A DNA stretch of 61,707 bases, the filler included, from Dirinaria sp. TL-2023a (Eukaryota): the NCBI GenBank assembly GCA_051941275.1. It is 7 parts of 7 records of this genome, joined end to end, with 100 filler letters (N's around TTAATTAATTAA, not from the genome) between each part and the next. Parts side by side here need not be neighbours in the genome. Positions count along the whole stretch, not along the records: positions 8,856 to 17,599 come from JAVEBF010001143.1; positions 17,700 to 26,438 come from JAVEBF010001144.1; 5 more parts are not named here. One strand, 5' to 3'. Of the stretch, positions 11,350-23,818 are shown piece by piece. The number at the start of each line of letters is the position of its first letter. Position 1 is the stretch's first letter. A model generated the notes under the pieces. That model did no database searches. It was given only the letters and a program-made list of their open reading frames with translations, and was not told the origin of the DNA. A program made the translations under genes and the position numbers.

Positions 11350-12765
11350 TCAGTATTCCAGCTTCTTGGGTGACGAAGCAAATCCAGGTCCACCGCTCCC
11401 TTGACCCATCATGCCCGTACCGCCCCCCATACCCATCTGACCTTGCTGGTGCTGGTAAGGGTAGAAGTTCTCCTGACCCATTCCTTGCGGAGGATAATAC
11501 CCTGCGTGCGGGGCTGGTGGATGTGCGGCGTGCTTGTGCCTGAAAATCGAGAAAGTGACGTTCGATATACCCCAGAAGCCAAGGAGTAAGATCGAGCTCA
11601 GGAGCTATGCGCGCATCAAAGTCAGTAATGAAAAACAAATCGAGCAGCATCTGTCTCGAAACCTACCATAGTCTTGTACGAGATTCTGTCGGCGAAGCTG
11701 GTGATGATTTCCGCAAAAGTCTGCGCACTGACACGGGCTCTGCCAACCATCGTAGGATCGCGGTTCATGCACTTCTCCCAGCTGTTGCACATGCTCTCCA
11801 TAGCTGGAACTCGGTCTGCGCTATCGCATTTGTTCGCCTTGAATTCCCTCGTGCACATCACCATCTCCGCCATCGTCTCTGCAGCGACCTCGCGCGACGC
11901 CTCGTCAACGTCGGATCGGATGGTAGCCCATGAGCAATACATGATCACTATGAGGAGGGAGACGAAGAAGAGATTGAGGATGAACTGCGCGTAGCGAGAG
12001 AGTACATCCGGAAGGTTGGGATGCGCTTCCATAAAGGTGAGTATGGAGGGGATGAAGCCGACCTCTTGAGGCGTTGGCGCCGGTCGAGCTGGGCTTCCGC
12101 TACGGGTCTGGGTGTCTTTCTCGTAGTCGGATTCATCGCTTGGCCTCCGGAGAGCCAATCGTACATCTCTGTCAATCTCTCGGCGGCGCCGTTTGTGCAC
12201 CCGTCGTGCGACCAGGTCCGTGTGTGGTTTCCGAATGATTTCGCCACGTCCGGGCGTAGCGTATTTCCCAAAAATACCCGTGCTAGGAGCCATTTTGTCC
12301 GTCTTGAACCCTTGGAATTGTACCATCGCACTGTTTGTATTGGAGCCATCCCGTGCTGGCGGATCGGGAGTGTCCTCATTGTCCGCAAGGGGTGACGATT
12401 GATTTTCGGGCCCGGAAGAAAAGTCTGTATCGAACGACTTGTGGGGCGTAGTGAACGAAGGAGTTCGAAATTGCGACAGCGGTTTGACTGATGGAGTGGA
12501 AGGGAAAAAGGAACCCTGTGAGCCTGACTGCAGGGGTTTCTTGGGTGAGTCGAAATGGTCAAAGTCACCTACACACACTGTAGTCAGTAACGCTTGCTTT
12601 AGATATACTGTAGAGGGCTGACGGACGCTTTTGGCCGGCAAAGCTGTTCTGTGACGACATATTGCCTTGGGCGGTATGCTTTAGGAAGGGGGAGTCAAAG
12701 CTTGCCGGACCGAAGCCTGACTGCCACTGGAAGTCCATGGGACTCTCATTTGATCGGTGGTTCAT
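11350..12765 (-). CDS. BRR6: Brr6/Brl1 nuclear envelope protein; complement(join(11350..11604,11667..12568,12627..12765))
   Basis: ESPMDFQWQ N-terminus; two TM segments flanking the four-Cys domain CTREFKANKC...MESMCNSWEKCMNRDP; RARVSAQTFAEII. Both introns are GT-AG with TACTGAC branch points; spliced frame ends SPKKLEY*. Confidence 0.88.
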
Positions 12766-12800
12766 ACTAATGGATTTTCCCAGCGGTTTGGATGTTGGGG

Positions 12801-12817
12801 TTTTCGCGTGTAAACAA
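12801..12817. promoter_or_regulatory. Adjacent SCB/MCB-like (TTTTCGCGTG) and forkhead (GTAAACAA) sites upstream of BRR6
   Basis: Sequence TTTTCGCGTGTAAACAA about 36 bp before the ATG; matches yeast cell-cycle consensus motifs. Confidence 0.35.
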
Positions 12818-13183
12818 TGGAAGAGCGAGACCGGGTAGCCGAGGTGATTTTGTCACCCATCCATGCCAAGCGCTTAGCGTGTTCACCTACAGTAACACTT
12901 CCTACAGAGTGTTGAATAAGAACCACATTATCACTTCAAATGCTGATGGTGCAATTTGCAAAAATTGATCGGATCGGGATGAAGATGCTGTGAACGTTTC
13001 CAATTATCAATGACTTCCCCATATTTTTACAGATAAAATGGTGAAAGCGCCTGCAAGAAGCTTTGAGACTTCGACTAGCATTCCTTAAACTCTGACGCTA
13101 TCACGGGCAGCACGTAAATGGAGGTTTCATCAATATCGAGAGAAGCATATTATTGCTTAGCGCTCGAGACGGTTGCTACTCTA

Positions 13184-16100
13184 CTAGAATTGCCACTGCT
13201 TGAGCCATACTCCCAGCCACTGTTGATTGACAGGCTCTAGAGAAGCCATGGTGGCGCTGGCGCGCTCACTCCGGCTGACTTCGAATGGGCCCGATGTCTC
13301 CTTCCTGACCATTTGCTCGAAGAACGGCAATATTTTGAGCGCGGGCTTGGAGTTGGCCTCGGCTTTGTTCTCAGGCAGCGCTCGCAAGCGTCCAATCCAG
13401 TCCTTCAAAGGTACCTCCTTGGTGCCTGGAGGGCAGCTGGCCATTACGAACTCCTTGAGGCTCTGCCATGGTACAGGGTGGGGGTTGATCAAGTTATAAA
13501 CCTCAAAGTCACTGGTTTTGGCGTCGTGCAGCATCAGCTCCGCGATTGTAGTCGCTAGTTTATTGATGGGGATCCAGTCAATAGGTGGAATGTCGTTTGG
13601 TAGAAGAGCGAGCGCTTTAGAACTTTTGACCAGCGAAGGGAACCATTCTTGAACGGGCCACGGTGGGTCTTCTAGCAGTGTAGATCCAGCGATTTGCCCT
13701 ACACGAAGGATGCTGACAGGTATCTTTGCTTTCTCAGCTGCCATACCTAGTATGACTTCTGCGACGAACTTGGATTCACCATACCCCATGCTTGCTGGAG
13801 CACCGCTATTGGAAACCAGAGCTTCCTGCACGGCCATACCCGGTTCAATGTTCGAGAAATTGCTGACTGAAGACACAGAGGAGATGAACACTATGCGCGG
13901 GCGCTTGGGACTGTCGAGACCCCAGTCTATCAATGTCCTCACACCTCGAATATGATCAGCTTCATACGATTCAAGTATCTGGCCGAAATCCACTTTCCAG
14001 GCGTTATGTATGATCACGTCGACTTCGGACGTTAGTCGAATATAATCGTCCTTCCGTAGACCAAGGTTAGGTTTGCCCAGCGAGATTGAAAAGTACTGGA
14101 TTTTGGATTCGTCGAGATGCAAATTCGTTTGCTTGTGCCTCTTTCGCGCGTCTTGACCTCGGTCAAGGCAGATAATTGTGGTGATCAGATGGCTCTTTGA
14201 CAATTGCTGTACAATTTGCGCCCCCAAGGAGCCAGTGGTGCCGGTCACAGCCACAGCGTATTGAGTCTGAGGCGACTTCACCGAGACAGGTTCTCCTGCG
14301 TTTATACCTTTAGTGTACTTATCCACAAGCGTCCTAATGAGCGCTGTCCGATGCTTCTTCACAATATCAGACGAGTTTTCAAGAGCTGAATCCTCGGAAT
14401 TTAAGTAGCGAGCGACGGTCGTGGCCAGTTTCTCGATTGTCGGATTGGAATATATCGTCATGCTCGACAGCCACCGAAGCTCCGAAAGGTCCTTGAATCC
14501 TTTAAGAACGGTCTTCAACATCCCTAGTATGTCCATGGTCTTCAGGGAGTCTAGGCCCAGGACGAACATGTCATCGGAGTTAGACGCATTTGCCATTACC
14601 GGAAAGGCCTGAAGGACGATGGAGCGCACCCAAGTCTCTATGTCCGAGGATTTAAAGGTGGCTTTTAGTTTGGGTATTGATATCTTGGAGTAATCGGGGA
14701 TCTTATTGGCATACAAAGCGTTGATGTCCTCCTCGTATGCCTTGAGGGTGAGGCTTCGCACAACAGTTCCTTTGGGTGATCGATGGAAAGGTCTATCGCT
14801 GCTCGCTACGAGAATCCTTGAGCGAGTAATCCGGCCTTGACTGGGGAGAAGAGAGTTTGATTCCTCTACAAAAGGCCATATTTCGTCAATGAAGCTGGCA
14901 ACATCTGTGACTGCAACTTTCGGTTCGAGCAACAGGGCTGCCTGGAATCGCCCTTGACCAACAACCAAAGTACCTGAGAGTGACGGATGACCGGATAACT
15001 TGGTTTCCATTGGAACAGGAAAGAATTTTTCGCCGTTACTTAAGACGAGAATATCGTCGATTCGCCCGTGGAAGCGCCAAAGTCCGGGTTTGGTGGGATG
15101 TGGTATGAATAGATCGCGTGTGGCATACTCCGTAGCACCTGGTATGTTGTAGTTCAAGGCCGTCACCTTCTCGGTTGTGGCATCCATATAATGCACAAGC
15201 TCACATATATTTTCTTCCGAATCTACTGACCGCATTTCCAACTTCACAGCGGGGTGGAACTCCATGTAAGCCCAATCACCAGGAAGAGGCACAAGCATGG
15301 GTATTTGAGCTGTCTCCGTAGACCCATAAAGCTGGCACACAGAAGTAACACTGCTAATGAGATCCCCTGCTGATTGTGAAAGAGGACCGCCTGCGGTGAA
15401 CATAAAGTCTAGTCCTCGGAAGAAGTCCAGACCATCGGGTTCTTGCATGATCTGTTCTGCTACAGAGGGTGGCATGAAAAGACTCTTAAGCCTCTGCTTC
15501 TCCATGATTTCCCTGACGAGCTCTCCAGACGGCGGTCTCAGAGGCGGTCCTAATACGGGACATGAAGCCTCGGAGAAGATGGGTATGATGATTAAGGATA
15601 AGACTCCTGCTAGGTGTGATGGCGGGAACGCGCTGTAAAACCTTCGAGTCTCCGTCGAGTCCCATAGCGTGAAATCATTGTTTCGTCGCCCTTGCACAGT
15701 TGGTAGCTTTCGGCAATGATCAAATGTAGAAAAGGTGCCGTGTGTCATTGTGATAGGTTTTGGCGTACCTAACAGCAACACTTAGCTATACGGCGACGAG
15801 ATAATGCTGGTCGCTGGTAAATGAGTAATGGAGGCGAACCTGTAGATCCTGAAGAATGCAGAATGAGTTTTGGGCTGCGCATAGTATCTTCACGCTTGGG
15901 ATCAGGCTCGAACGGCTGGCGTTTCTGCTGTTGCAGCGTCTCAAGCTCCTGAATCTGAAGACCCTTCAGCGCTGGGGAATCATGCTGCAGAGTCTCGAAT
16001 AGCGGTGCCATCTCTTTAGCATAAATGAGAGTGTTACATTGCGTCTGTCCTAGCAGCGAACCGTTCGTCGACGGCTGATTTCTCGGTGACAACAACAGTA

Positions 16101-16469
16101 GCTATCCCAATCAATGATCGAACAGCTTACTATGCGAGTTTATCGAACCTTGTATCCACACTTGACAGCGGCCAGAAAAACCACAGCGTTTCTCAAATCC
16201 GGTATGCCCAAGTATGCGATCGTTTCCCCCTTATCGCTGCAGCCAATGTCTTCTTTGACGGAATTTGCAAAGACATCTACGCAATGGGCCACGTCTCCAA
16301 ACGTCAGGTCTCGGAAACCCTCCGCGAGGTCCGTTGACACCGGAATCGATGCATAGAGTCGCGATGGAGTAGTTACAGCGATTTCATCAAAGACGGTGTG
16401 TAGAAATCGATCACCGTATGACCTCGTGGTCAAGGTCGTATGAGCCTTGGCTTCTGATTCGCTGTCCAT
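13184..16469 (-). CDS. NRPS-like carboxylic acid reductase (A-T-R), ~1055 aa; complement(join(13184..15768,15840..16101,16149..16469))
   Basis: A-domain HSSGSTGTPKPI (formed across intron 2), LYGSTET, TRDLF..HP, WRFHGRIDD; T-domain DMFVLGLDSL; R-domain VTGTTGSLG, HNAWKVDF, YGESK, LRVGQIAG. Confidence 0.93.
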
Positions 16470-17599
16470 ATTGTTTGCGGAGAAAGGTAGGAGAGCCCCT
16501 ATTCTTGTCAAACTTTATGCAAGCGACATTGGCAGTTTATCCCTAAGGAAACCTTAACAGCTTTGCATTGGGCTTGAGTATAGGATAGAATAGTGACATA
16601 CTATGCGACACTATTAGGATATATCACATATGAGTAAATAAATTCATACCTACCTTGAGGTACTTAAGTGCTTTCTTTACATGTACCTTGTACCTTAGGC
16701 ACGCTTCACACACGTCAGGATGAGAATTTCAGCTCCGGCTCTGTGTAAGCACTAAGCAGCTGCCACACCATGAGACGACCACCCCCACTTACATAAGCAA
16801 AGCTACCATATCGATGGGAGATCTTCGAAGCATTATTCAACCCCCAAGGTCAGATACATGACATCCAGGTATTCAGGTAAGTAATCCATCCATACCTTGA
16901 TTTGACTTTGTGATTGCTGCCGATGCGCCGCATATCCCCTGGAATCGGGAAGTCAGAAAACGTTCCACGGCCCGTCCGGGTCGCGCCATTTAAAGGTGAT
17001 CAATAGTCCAGGATTCACGAGCCCCGCACCATCCGGTCTTCAAAAAGGTAATGCCAGTGATTACCTTACAGGTGTGGCACCGCGCGAACCTATCATCAGC
17101 AGTCGATAGAACCTCGCATCCTGCCAGCTCGGTACAGATTGCCTTTGAGCACTTACATCTAGGCAGCACCGATTCACCCGTTCTCGGGCCAGGGCATCAG
17201 ACAATCCACTTGGGCGCAAGCTCGAGATCGAGGCACCTCCACTGGTCTGATGAAGCAATCAAGGAAACTGTAGGTGGTACACGGACCACTAGTTGCAGCA
17301 GGATGTGGCAGCCTCAAGACCGAATGGCACCGACTTGCACAACAACCTCGGGAAAATATACTTTACTGTCAGGTATGCATCGAGGCGCCCCGTGTGGTGA
17401 GGATTCGATCTTCAACCGACTTGATGACGCAGTGCACGCGCAAAGTACTCGTACATAGTAGGGAAACTTTGGGATATCGGGGAATTTTCTGATGCAGGGT
17501 GATGGCTCCCACATACCCTCATGCATGCAAAAGCTCAAAGATACATGTACTCCTAAGGTACGGTAGGTGCTGGTGATTCCATGGGTCTCAAAGTAAGGT

Positions 17600-17699
17600 N
17601 NNNNNNNNNNNNNNNNNNNNNNNNNNNNNNNNNNNNNNNNNNNTTAATTAATTAANNNNNNNNNNNNNNNNNNNNNNNNNNNNNNNNNNNNNNNNNNNN
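17600..17699. other. Artificial contig spacer
   Basis: N44-TTAATTAATTAA-N44. Confidence 0.98.
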
Positions 17700-17940
17700 G
17701 ACTTACAGTCTAGTACTAACTGTACAGTGGCAGTTCGCCTCGCCCCGATTCACATGGCCACCCCTCGCCTGCGCCGGACTCTCCCCCCATCAAATCTTGG
17801 CTCCACCCAAAAATCCCAATGAGCATAACCGGAACTTTCCCCCCCAGAGCGCCCGAAGCGAAGCGATCTGGGAATGGAAAAAGTCTCCATCTCCTCTTAC
17901 GGTCTTACCCTCTCTTCGCCTACTGCTAATACTGCCTCAC

Positions 17941-17983
17941 TACTACCACTACTACCACTACTCCTACTGCTATTACTACTACT
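17941..17983 (+). repeat. Imperfect (TAC/CAC)n microsatellite upstream of CDC25
   Basis: TACTACCACTACTACCACTACTCCTACTGCTATTACTACTACT seen directly. Confidence 0.75.
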
Positions 17984-18403
17984 GTCCGCCACACGCATTA
18001 TCCTTCATGTCATTCGCTGACCTTGACCTGGAGCTCCTGTGCAGCAGCAACTCTGGGCTGGCTGCAAAGCCTGCAATCTTCACTAGCCGTAAGCCGGCAG
18101 CGAATCAAACTTCGCCATCTCCACGCCTCCCCTCCGGCGCTTGGGCCTGACCACTGAGCAGCATATCCGCGCTGAGCGGGATACGGCCGTCTTCCTGTTC
18201 ACTACCTTACTACTGCCTGTTGCTCCCTTCGTTCATTTGGCCTGGTCTGGTGAGACCCGAGCATTCGAATAATATCCCGATAGTCTATGCTTCGCGAGAT
18301 ACCTCTACTGGCTTCATAAGGCTGCAGCTCATTCCCAGCGCTCGATGACTTCCCAGCCGCCTGCGACAGCCTGCGCACCTTTCTAGGCTGCGGGCGGATC
18401 AGG

Positions 18404-21400
18404 ATGTATACGAAGGATACCGTGACTCCGCTGACCATCAATACCAAGAACCACGCAAATGGTAGGGCCGGTGTCTTTAGCGCAGCCTTTCACTACACCG
18501 AAGAGCCTTCATTGCGCCAGCCTGCCAACACACATCAGACGACAACGCAACGCTACAGAACCACTGGCGGCTCGTCCGCCGCACAACGTACGCAGACAAC
18601 CGGCATGAACGGCTATCCAAGCACTGCGGCGCCGAGTGGCATGTACGTTCGGGCGCTCTATGATTACGAGGCCGACGACAGAACAAGTCTCAGCTTTCGT
18701 CAGGGTGATACGATCCAGGTTATTACGCAACTGGCGAGCGGATGGTGGGATGGCATAATCAACGGGGTTCGCGGATGGTTTCCCAGCAATTACTGTGTGG
18801 TAGTTACTGGTCCAGACGACAACACTGCTCGCGCTGGGCAGCCGTCTGCGCATGCGGGCGACGTATCAGGGTCGGGGACGGAGGATGAGTATGAAGACGA
18901 TGAGGCGTCGGACACAAATGAAAAGTCGAGGCATGATGGATCCCACGCATCCCTCGAGGGCGATGAGGAAAGGGAGCAAGAGGAAGCGGCTTTCTGGATA
19001 CCACAGGCCACACCGGACGGTAGGCTGTTCTACTTCAACACTCTTACAGGGGTATCGACGATGGAGTTACCACTGGAGACACCGACTTCCATCAACGAAT
19101 CAGGGCCCCGGGACCGGATGAACATTAAAGTGCCCGATCAAACGCGGCCGCCGCCTGAAATGATGGCAGGAGGGTTTGAGCAAGTGGAGTCCGAAATCGA
19201 AGACTCTGCGTCGGAGCTGGGTGATTCGCAGATGCTTGCATCTCGAGTGGATCGACCAGGGAGGCGGCGATCCTATATTTCAGATGGCGCGTCCCCGGCT
19301 GCGTCTACCGATTCTTTGAATGCCTCGCCCGTATTGCGTAACGGGAGGGATCCAACAGAATATGAATATTCCGCCATATCCTCCAGCGCCGTGCAACAGG
19401 TTTCGGCGTCAATGTCGGCAATGGGTAATACTTCGGCGTCTTTCACAAGCAACCCCCTGGGCCAAGTCTCCGCTGCTGCTATCCCTCGATCGTTCTTCGA
19501 TGACAGCAACAACACGCCCAAGACCTGGAACAAGCTTGTGGAGAATATTCGCAGGTCGGTCGAGCTTTACATACAAGCGATCAACAATGCAGACCGCTCA
19601 GAGTACGTTCGCAGAGCCGAAGATATCTCGGATCACCTACGCATGCTTCTCGCCGCTGCTTCTGGCACTACGGATAACCATTCTGGAAACCCCTCGGTCA
19701 TCTCCACAAACAAGGCGCTGTATCCTCATTTTCGAGACATGATGTCACGGTTCTCAAAGCTTGTGCTTTCATCGCACATCGCGGCCGCTGATTTTCCCGC
19801 CCCGGATTCCTACTCCAAATGTCTGCAGGAGGCCGAAGGCGTACTGCACGGGGTCTATGGTTATGTGGAGGTTGCGCGCTCGCAACGCGGTGAAGAGATA
19901 CCTCGACTTGTGCCGGGCTTCGTCTTAGGAAGCAACAATGGAGGCAGCTGGCAAAATAACAACCTCGAGATCCGAGATCCGATGCTGACTACCTCATTTA
20001 TGGATCAGGATGATAGTGAGTCCTTTGGGGAACCGAATGTTGCACTAGACAGTGGCCTCCTTGAAAGAATGGACGACCTGAAGCGAATGATTGTATCGAG
20101 TATACGACGGCTCGAGGATCATTTGGTGATTACAGAGAAACTCGTCACGGCGCGTAGGCATAAGCAACTAGCCAATACAATCTGCACGGCCGCAGGGAAA
20201 GTCATTGACTTTTCCCGACCTTGGATGACCACAGTCGAGTCAATCGATCTGGCGCCTCTTCGATCGTCATTCCAAAGTCCGCAGCTCAACGACTTTGGGT
20301 CCCAAAAACAAAGGGTGTATGATCTTATAATGCAACTGGTGGTCGCATGTCAGGCAGTGGCTGCTCCCCTGGGTGATGAATGGGCCGAATCAAGAGGTGA
20401 TCCTTTAGATGTCCGACTCAGTGAGGTTCGCAGCATCTTGAGGCAATTAGAGACGTCTACATCGCAGGTCGGATTCTCCTTGCAGTTATTGCTAGACGTA
20501 ACATCGCAGGAAAACTCGCCGCTCCAGCAAATGAAAGATGCACAGATCGAACCGCCGTCGCGGCCGAACACGGACGGTGGCTCCGCATATTCAGGATCAA
20601 ACATAGCCAGTCCATCCAAATATATGCAGAGACCTCAACTGGCAGAAATGGGTCAATCTCAATCATTCACAGAAGGCATTGATGTAACTCCAGACAAGTA
20701 TCATCGCAGCAAGGATAATTCCAAGGTCGAGAAGTTTTTCGGGGAACTCCCTTCTCCCATGCTGCCAGGTCGTGATCTGGATGACACGCCGGTTTTTCTT
20801 AGGCTGGATCTAGAGGGGGAGATTTCATACGACGACAAAGACAAGAGCAAGCCGCCACAGCTGCGTGGAGGTACCCTGATGGCTCTCGTCGAGCAGTTAA
20901 CCAGACATGATAGACTAGATTCGGACTTCAACACCACGTTCTTGTTGACGTATAGATCCTTCACAACTGCTTCTGAGCTGTTTGAGCTGCTTGTGAAGCG
21001 CTTCAGCATACAGCCGCCCCGTGGGATATCGGAGGAGGACTATAAGATGTGGGTAGATAAGAAACAAAGGCCAATCCGCTTCCGCGTTGTCAACATCCTA
21101 AAAAGCTGGTTTGACAACTACTGGATGGAGAATAACGATCCCGCTAGCCGCCAGCTTTTGCAACGAGTATATTCATTTGCCAAGGATTCGATAGCAACTA
21201 CGAATACCCCTGGATCAGGGCCTCTGATGCACGCTGTAGAGCAGAGACTACGAGGTCAAGATACCACTGCGAAAATACTCGTACCCACACCCAGCACCGC
21301 TGCGCCAACTCCGATCATCCCGAAGAATATGAAGAAGCTCAAGTTCCTTGACATCGACGCCACCGAGTTCGCAAGGCAGTTGACCATCATTGAGTCGCGG

Positions 21401-22483
21401 CTATACGGAAAGATCAAGCCGACGGAGTGCCTGAATAAGACATGGCAAAAGAAAGTCCCCCGTAACGAGCCTGAGCCAGCAGCAAACGTGAAAGCGCTCA
21501 TCCTGCATTCGAATCAGCTGACGAATTGGGTTGCTGAGATGATCCTGACCCAGTCCGATGTTCGAAAGCGAGTTGTGGTGATCAAGCACTTTGTCTCTGT
21601 CGCAGATGTCAGTCTTCCCTCATTGACCTCTCCATAACTGCTCACATCTACAGAAATGTCGCTCATTGAACAATTTCTCAACCCTCACGTCTATTATCTC
21701 TGCGCTCGGCACAGCACCCATCCACCGGCTCCAACGTACCTGGGCTCAAGTCAACACCCGCACAATGAGCATCCTCGAAACTCTTAGACGCCTCATGGGT
21801 AGCACTAAGAATTTCGGCGAATACCGTGAAACGCTGCAGCTTGCTAATCCACCCTGTATTCCCTTTTTTGGTAACATCCCTTCCCACGCTCCTTTTATTT
21901 CTTTTCCCGGTCTGCCTGGGAGAGGGCTTTTTCGCTGACCATGTACATCAGGTGTTTACCTCACAGACCTAACCTTCATCGAAGATGGTATTTCCTCTGT
22001 GATCAAACGCACGAACCTTATCAACTTTGCGAAGCGCGCCAAAACCGCTGATGTTATCCGCGACATTCAAGATTACCAGAATGTGCCCTACCCGCTCAAG
22101 CCGGTCATGGATCTCCAGGATTATATATTGAGCAACATGCAGGCGGCAGGCGATGTGCATGAGATGTACGAGAAGAGCTTGCAGATTGAACCGCGGGAGA
22201 GGGAGGATGAAAAGATCACGAGGTTGGTTGAGCTTGGTCTCGTTGGTTGACATATTCTTTGACGGGGAAGTTGGGAGACGAGGTGCGCTTGGTGGGGCTT
22301 TTTATGTTTCGGCCTGTTCTTTGGGACGTTTGGTAGGTTGTTCAGGCGGAGCTACGAAAGGGAACGAAGCTGACATGATAGCTTCCAGGTCACTATTGGC
22401 TTCTCCCAAACCAAACCGTGAAAGACCAGCAGGCTAACGTATGTGGCGATGGCAGGCTCCTATCCGAATCCGGTTTCTTATGA
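18404..22483 (+). CDS. CDC25: Ras guanine nucleotide exchange factor Cdc25/Ste6 (SH3, WW-like, REM, RasGEF); join(18404..21607,21654..21870,21952..22222,22456..22483)
   Basis: SH3 YVRALYDYEA...GWWDG...GWFPSNY; WIPQATPDGRLFYFN; REM LRGGTLMALVEQLT..FLLTYRSFTT; GEF EFARQLTIIE, LNNFS, PCIPFFGVYLTDLTFIEDG, INFAKR; conserved end RLLSESGFL*. Confidence 0.95.
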
Positions 22484-23562
22484 TACCCATGTCCAGCAAC
22501 GACGATCACGACACGACCCGGGCAGCACATGGAGAAGACGGGCCGAACAAGTAGCAAACCTCCAGTTCGGATCATGACTGCTTCTCAGCTAGCACTGCAG
22601 CAAACGAAACTGCCATCCCCGCTCTCGAAAGCCGTTGCCGACCCCTAACACTGCGTATCGACGGACCGCGAGCTCCGAAAGGCATTGGACGTCTCCTTGA
22701 CACCTGGGCCGGACTCTCTTTGAGGGGGGGATGATTGTTGCGCAGTCGGCACGCTTGCATCAATGGCAGAGGCAGAATTGAATGCATTTCACAGTTTTTG
22801 GACACCGCATTCACGCCGAGAAGAACGAGGGAGCAACTACGAATCTATTCACGGCATAGTTTTTGTATATAGGGCTCTTGCAGGTCCGCTTGAGCTTACC
22901 ATCTGCATCGAATGAAGATATTGTCTTACTCTCTGATCTGCCTGGATGGGATTCATTTCTCCCATCTGCCCATATGCTTATTTCCCGTGCTTCCGGAATG
23001 ACGAGGTACTCGATTCTTTCGTTGGATATGGCTTGGTTTCGACATGATCAGGGTTAGGAGAGGGTTTCCATGGCTTCCTCTCTGACCTGAGGTAAGGGAA
23101 GGTGGTATTTCGGACTGTACAGTACTGTACGTGTATACCCGACCACTTTTGATTAGAGCAGAGTTGGAGGCTAAGTGTAGTCAGTGCCATTATTGAGGTG
23201 TGTGGACTCACTGCTGGACTGGTCGAGGGTGTCGTTCAGCGCAAAGTCATTGGCCATCGTACTTTCCCCCCTGCGAATTGCGCAATAGAGAACTAAGCTT
23301 GGCCCACGTGTGTCCCCCAATGGCCGGCGATGATTCCAGCTTATGTAAGATATCGAACGTCCCTTACCGGATCTGGATCTGGCACACAGAGCTCGACGAG
23401 GCACACCCAGTGAGACCAGCTCTAGAACTCGAGGTTCTGCCACATCTGACTATGTTATCATCGTGACAGTCACTTCTCCATCACTTGCCCTTCACACCTG
23501 TCGTCCTTACAATAGTAATGACTATCGAATGCCCCCTTTTGCTTTTTGCTACGTAAGAAACA

Positions 23563-23625
23563 CCCACAACCACACTCACACCCACACCTACATCCGCATC
23601 CGCATCCACATCCACATCCACATTC
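23563..23625 (+). repeat. Imperfect hexanucleotide repeat (CACACC/CACATC/CGCATC)
   Basis: Seen directly upstream of the Aim6-like gene. Confidence 0.7.
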
Positions 23626-23818
23626 CTCCGTCTCTTGAGCAACGCTGTCTAGTTCTGATCAAGCACCCGTCGTCGTCATGTCACCGAGGTGGCGCGCAAT
23701 GGCTTGCACCCCAACCAGTCTTCGGATCAACCGGTAGTCTTCACAAAATCGCAATAGGCTTTTTTGCTTTTGGGATTTGGCATCTCTATTGAAGAAGCAA
23801 CTCTTGTGTGCCTCTCCC

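Noticed and set aside
17797..18150. 117-aa ORF with Tyr/His run upstream of CDC25
   Set aside because: Starts at TTG; the run is a translated TAC microsatellite.
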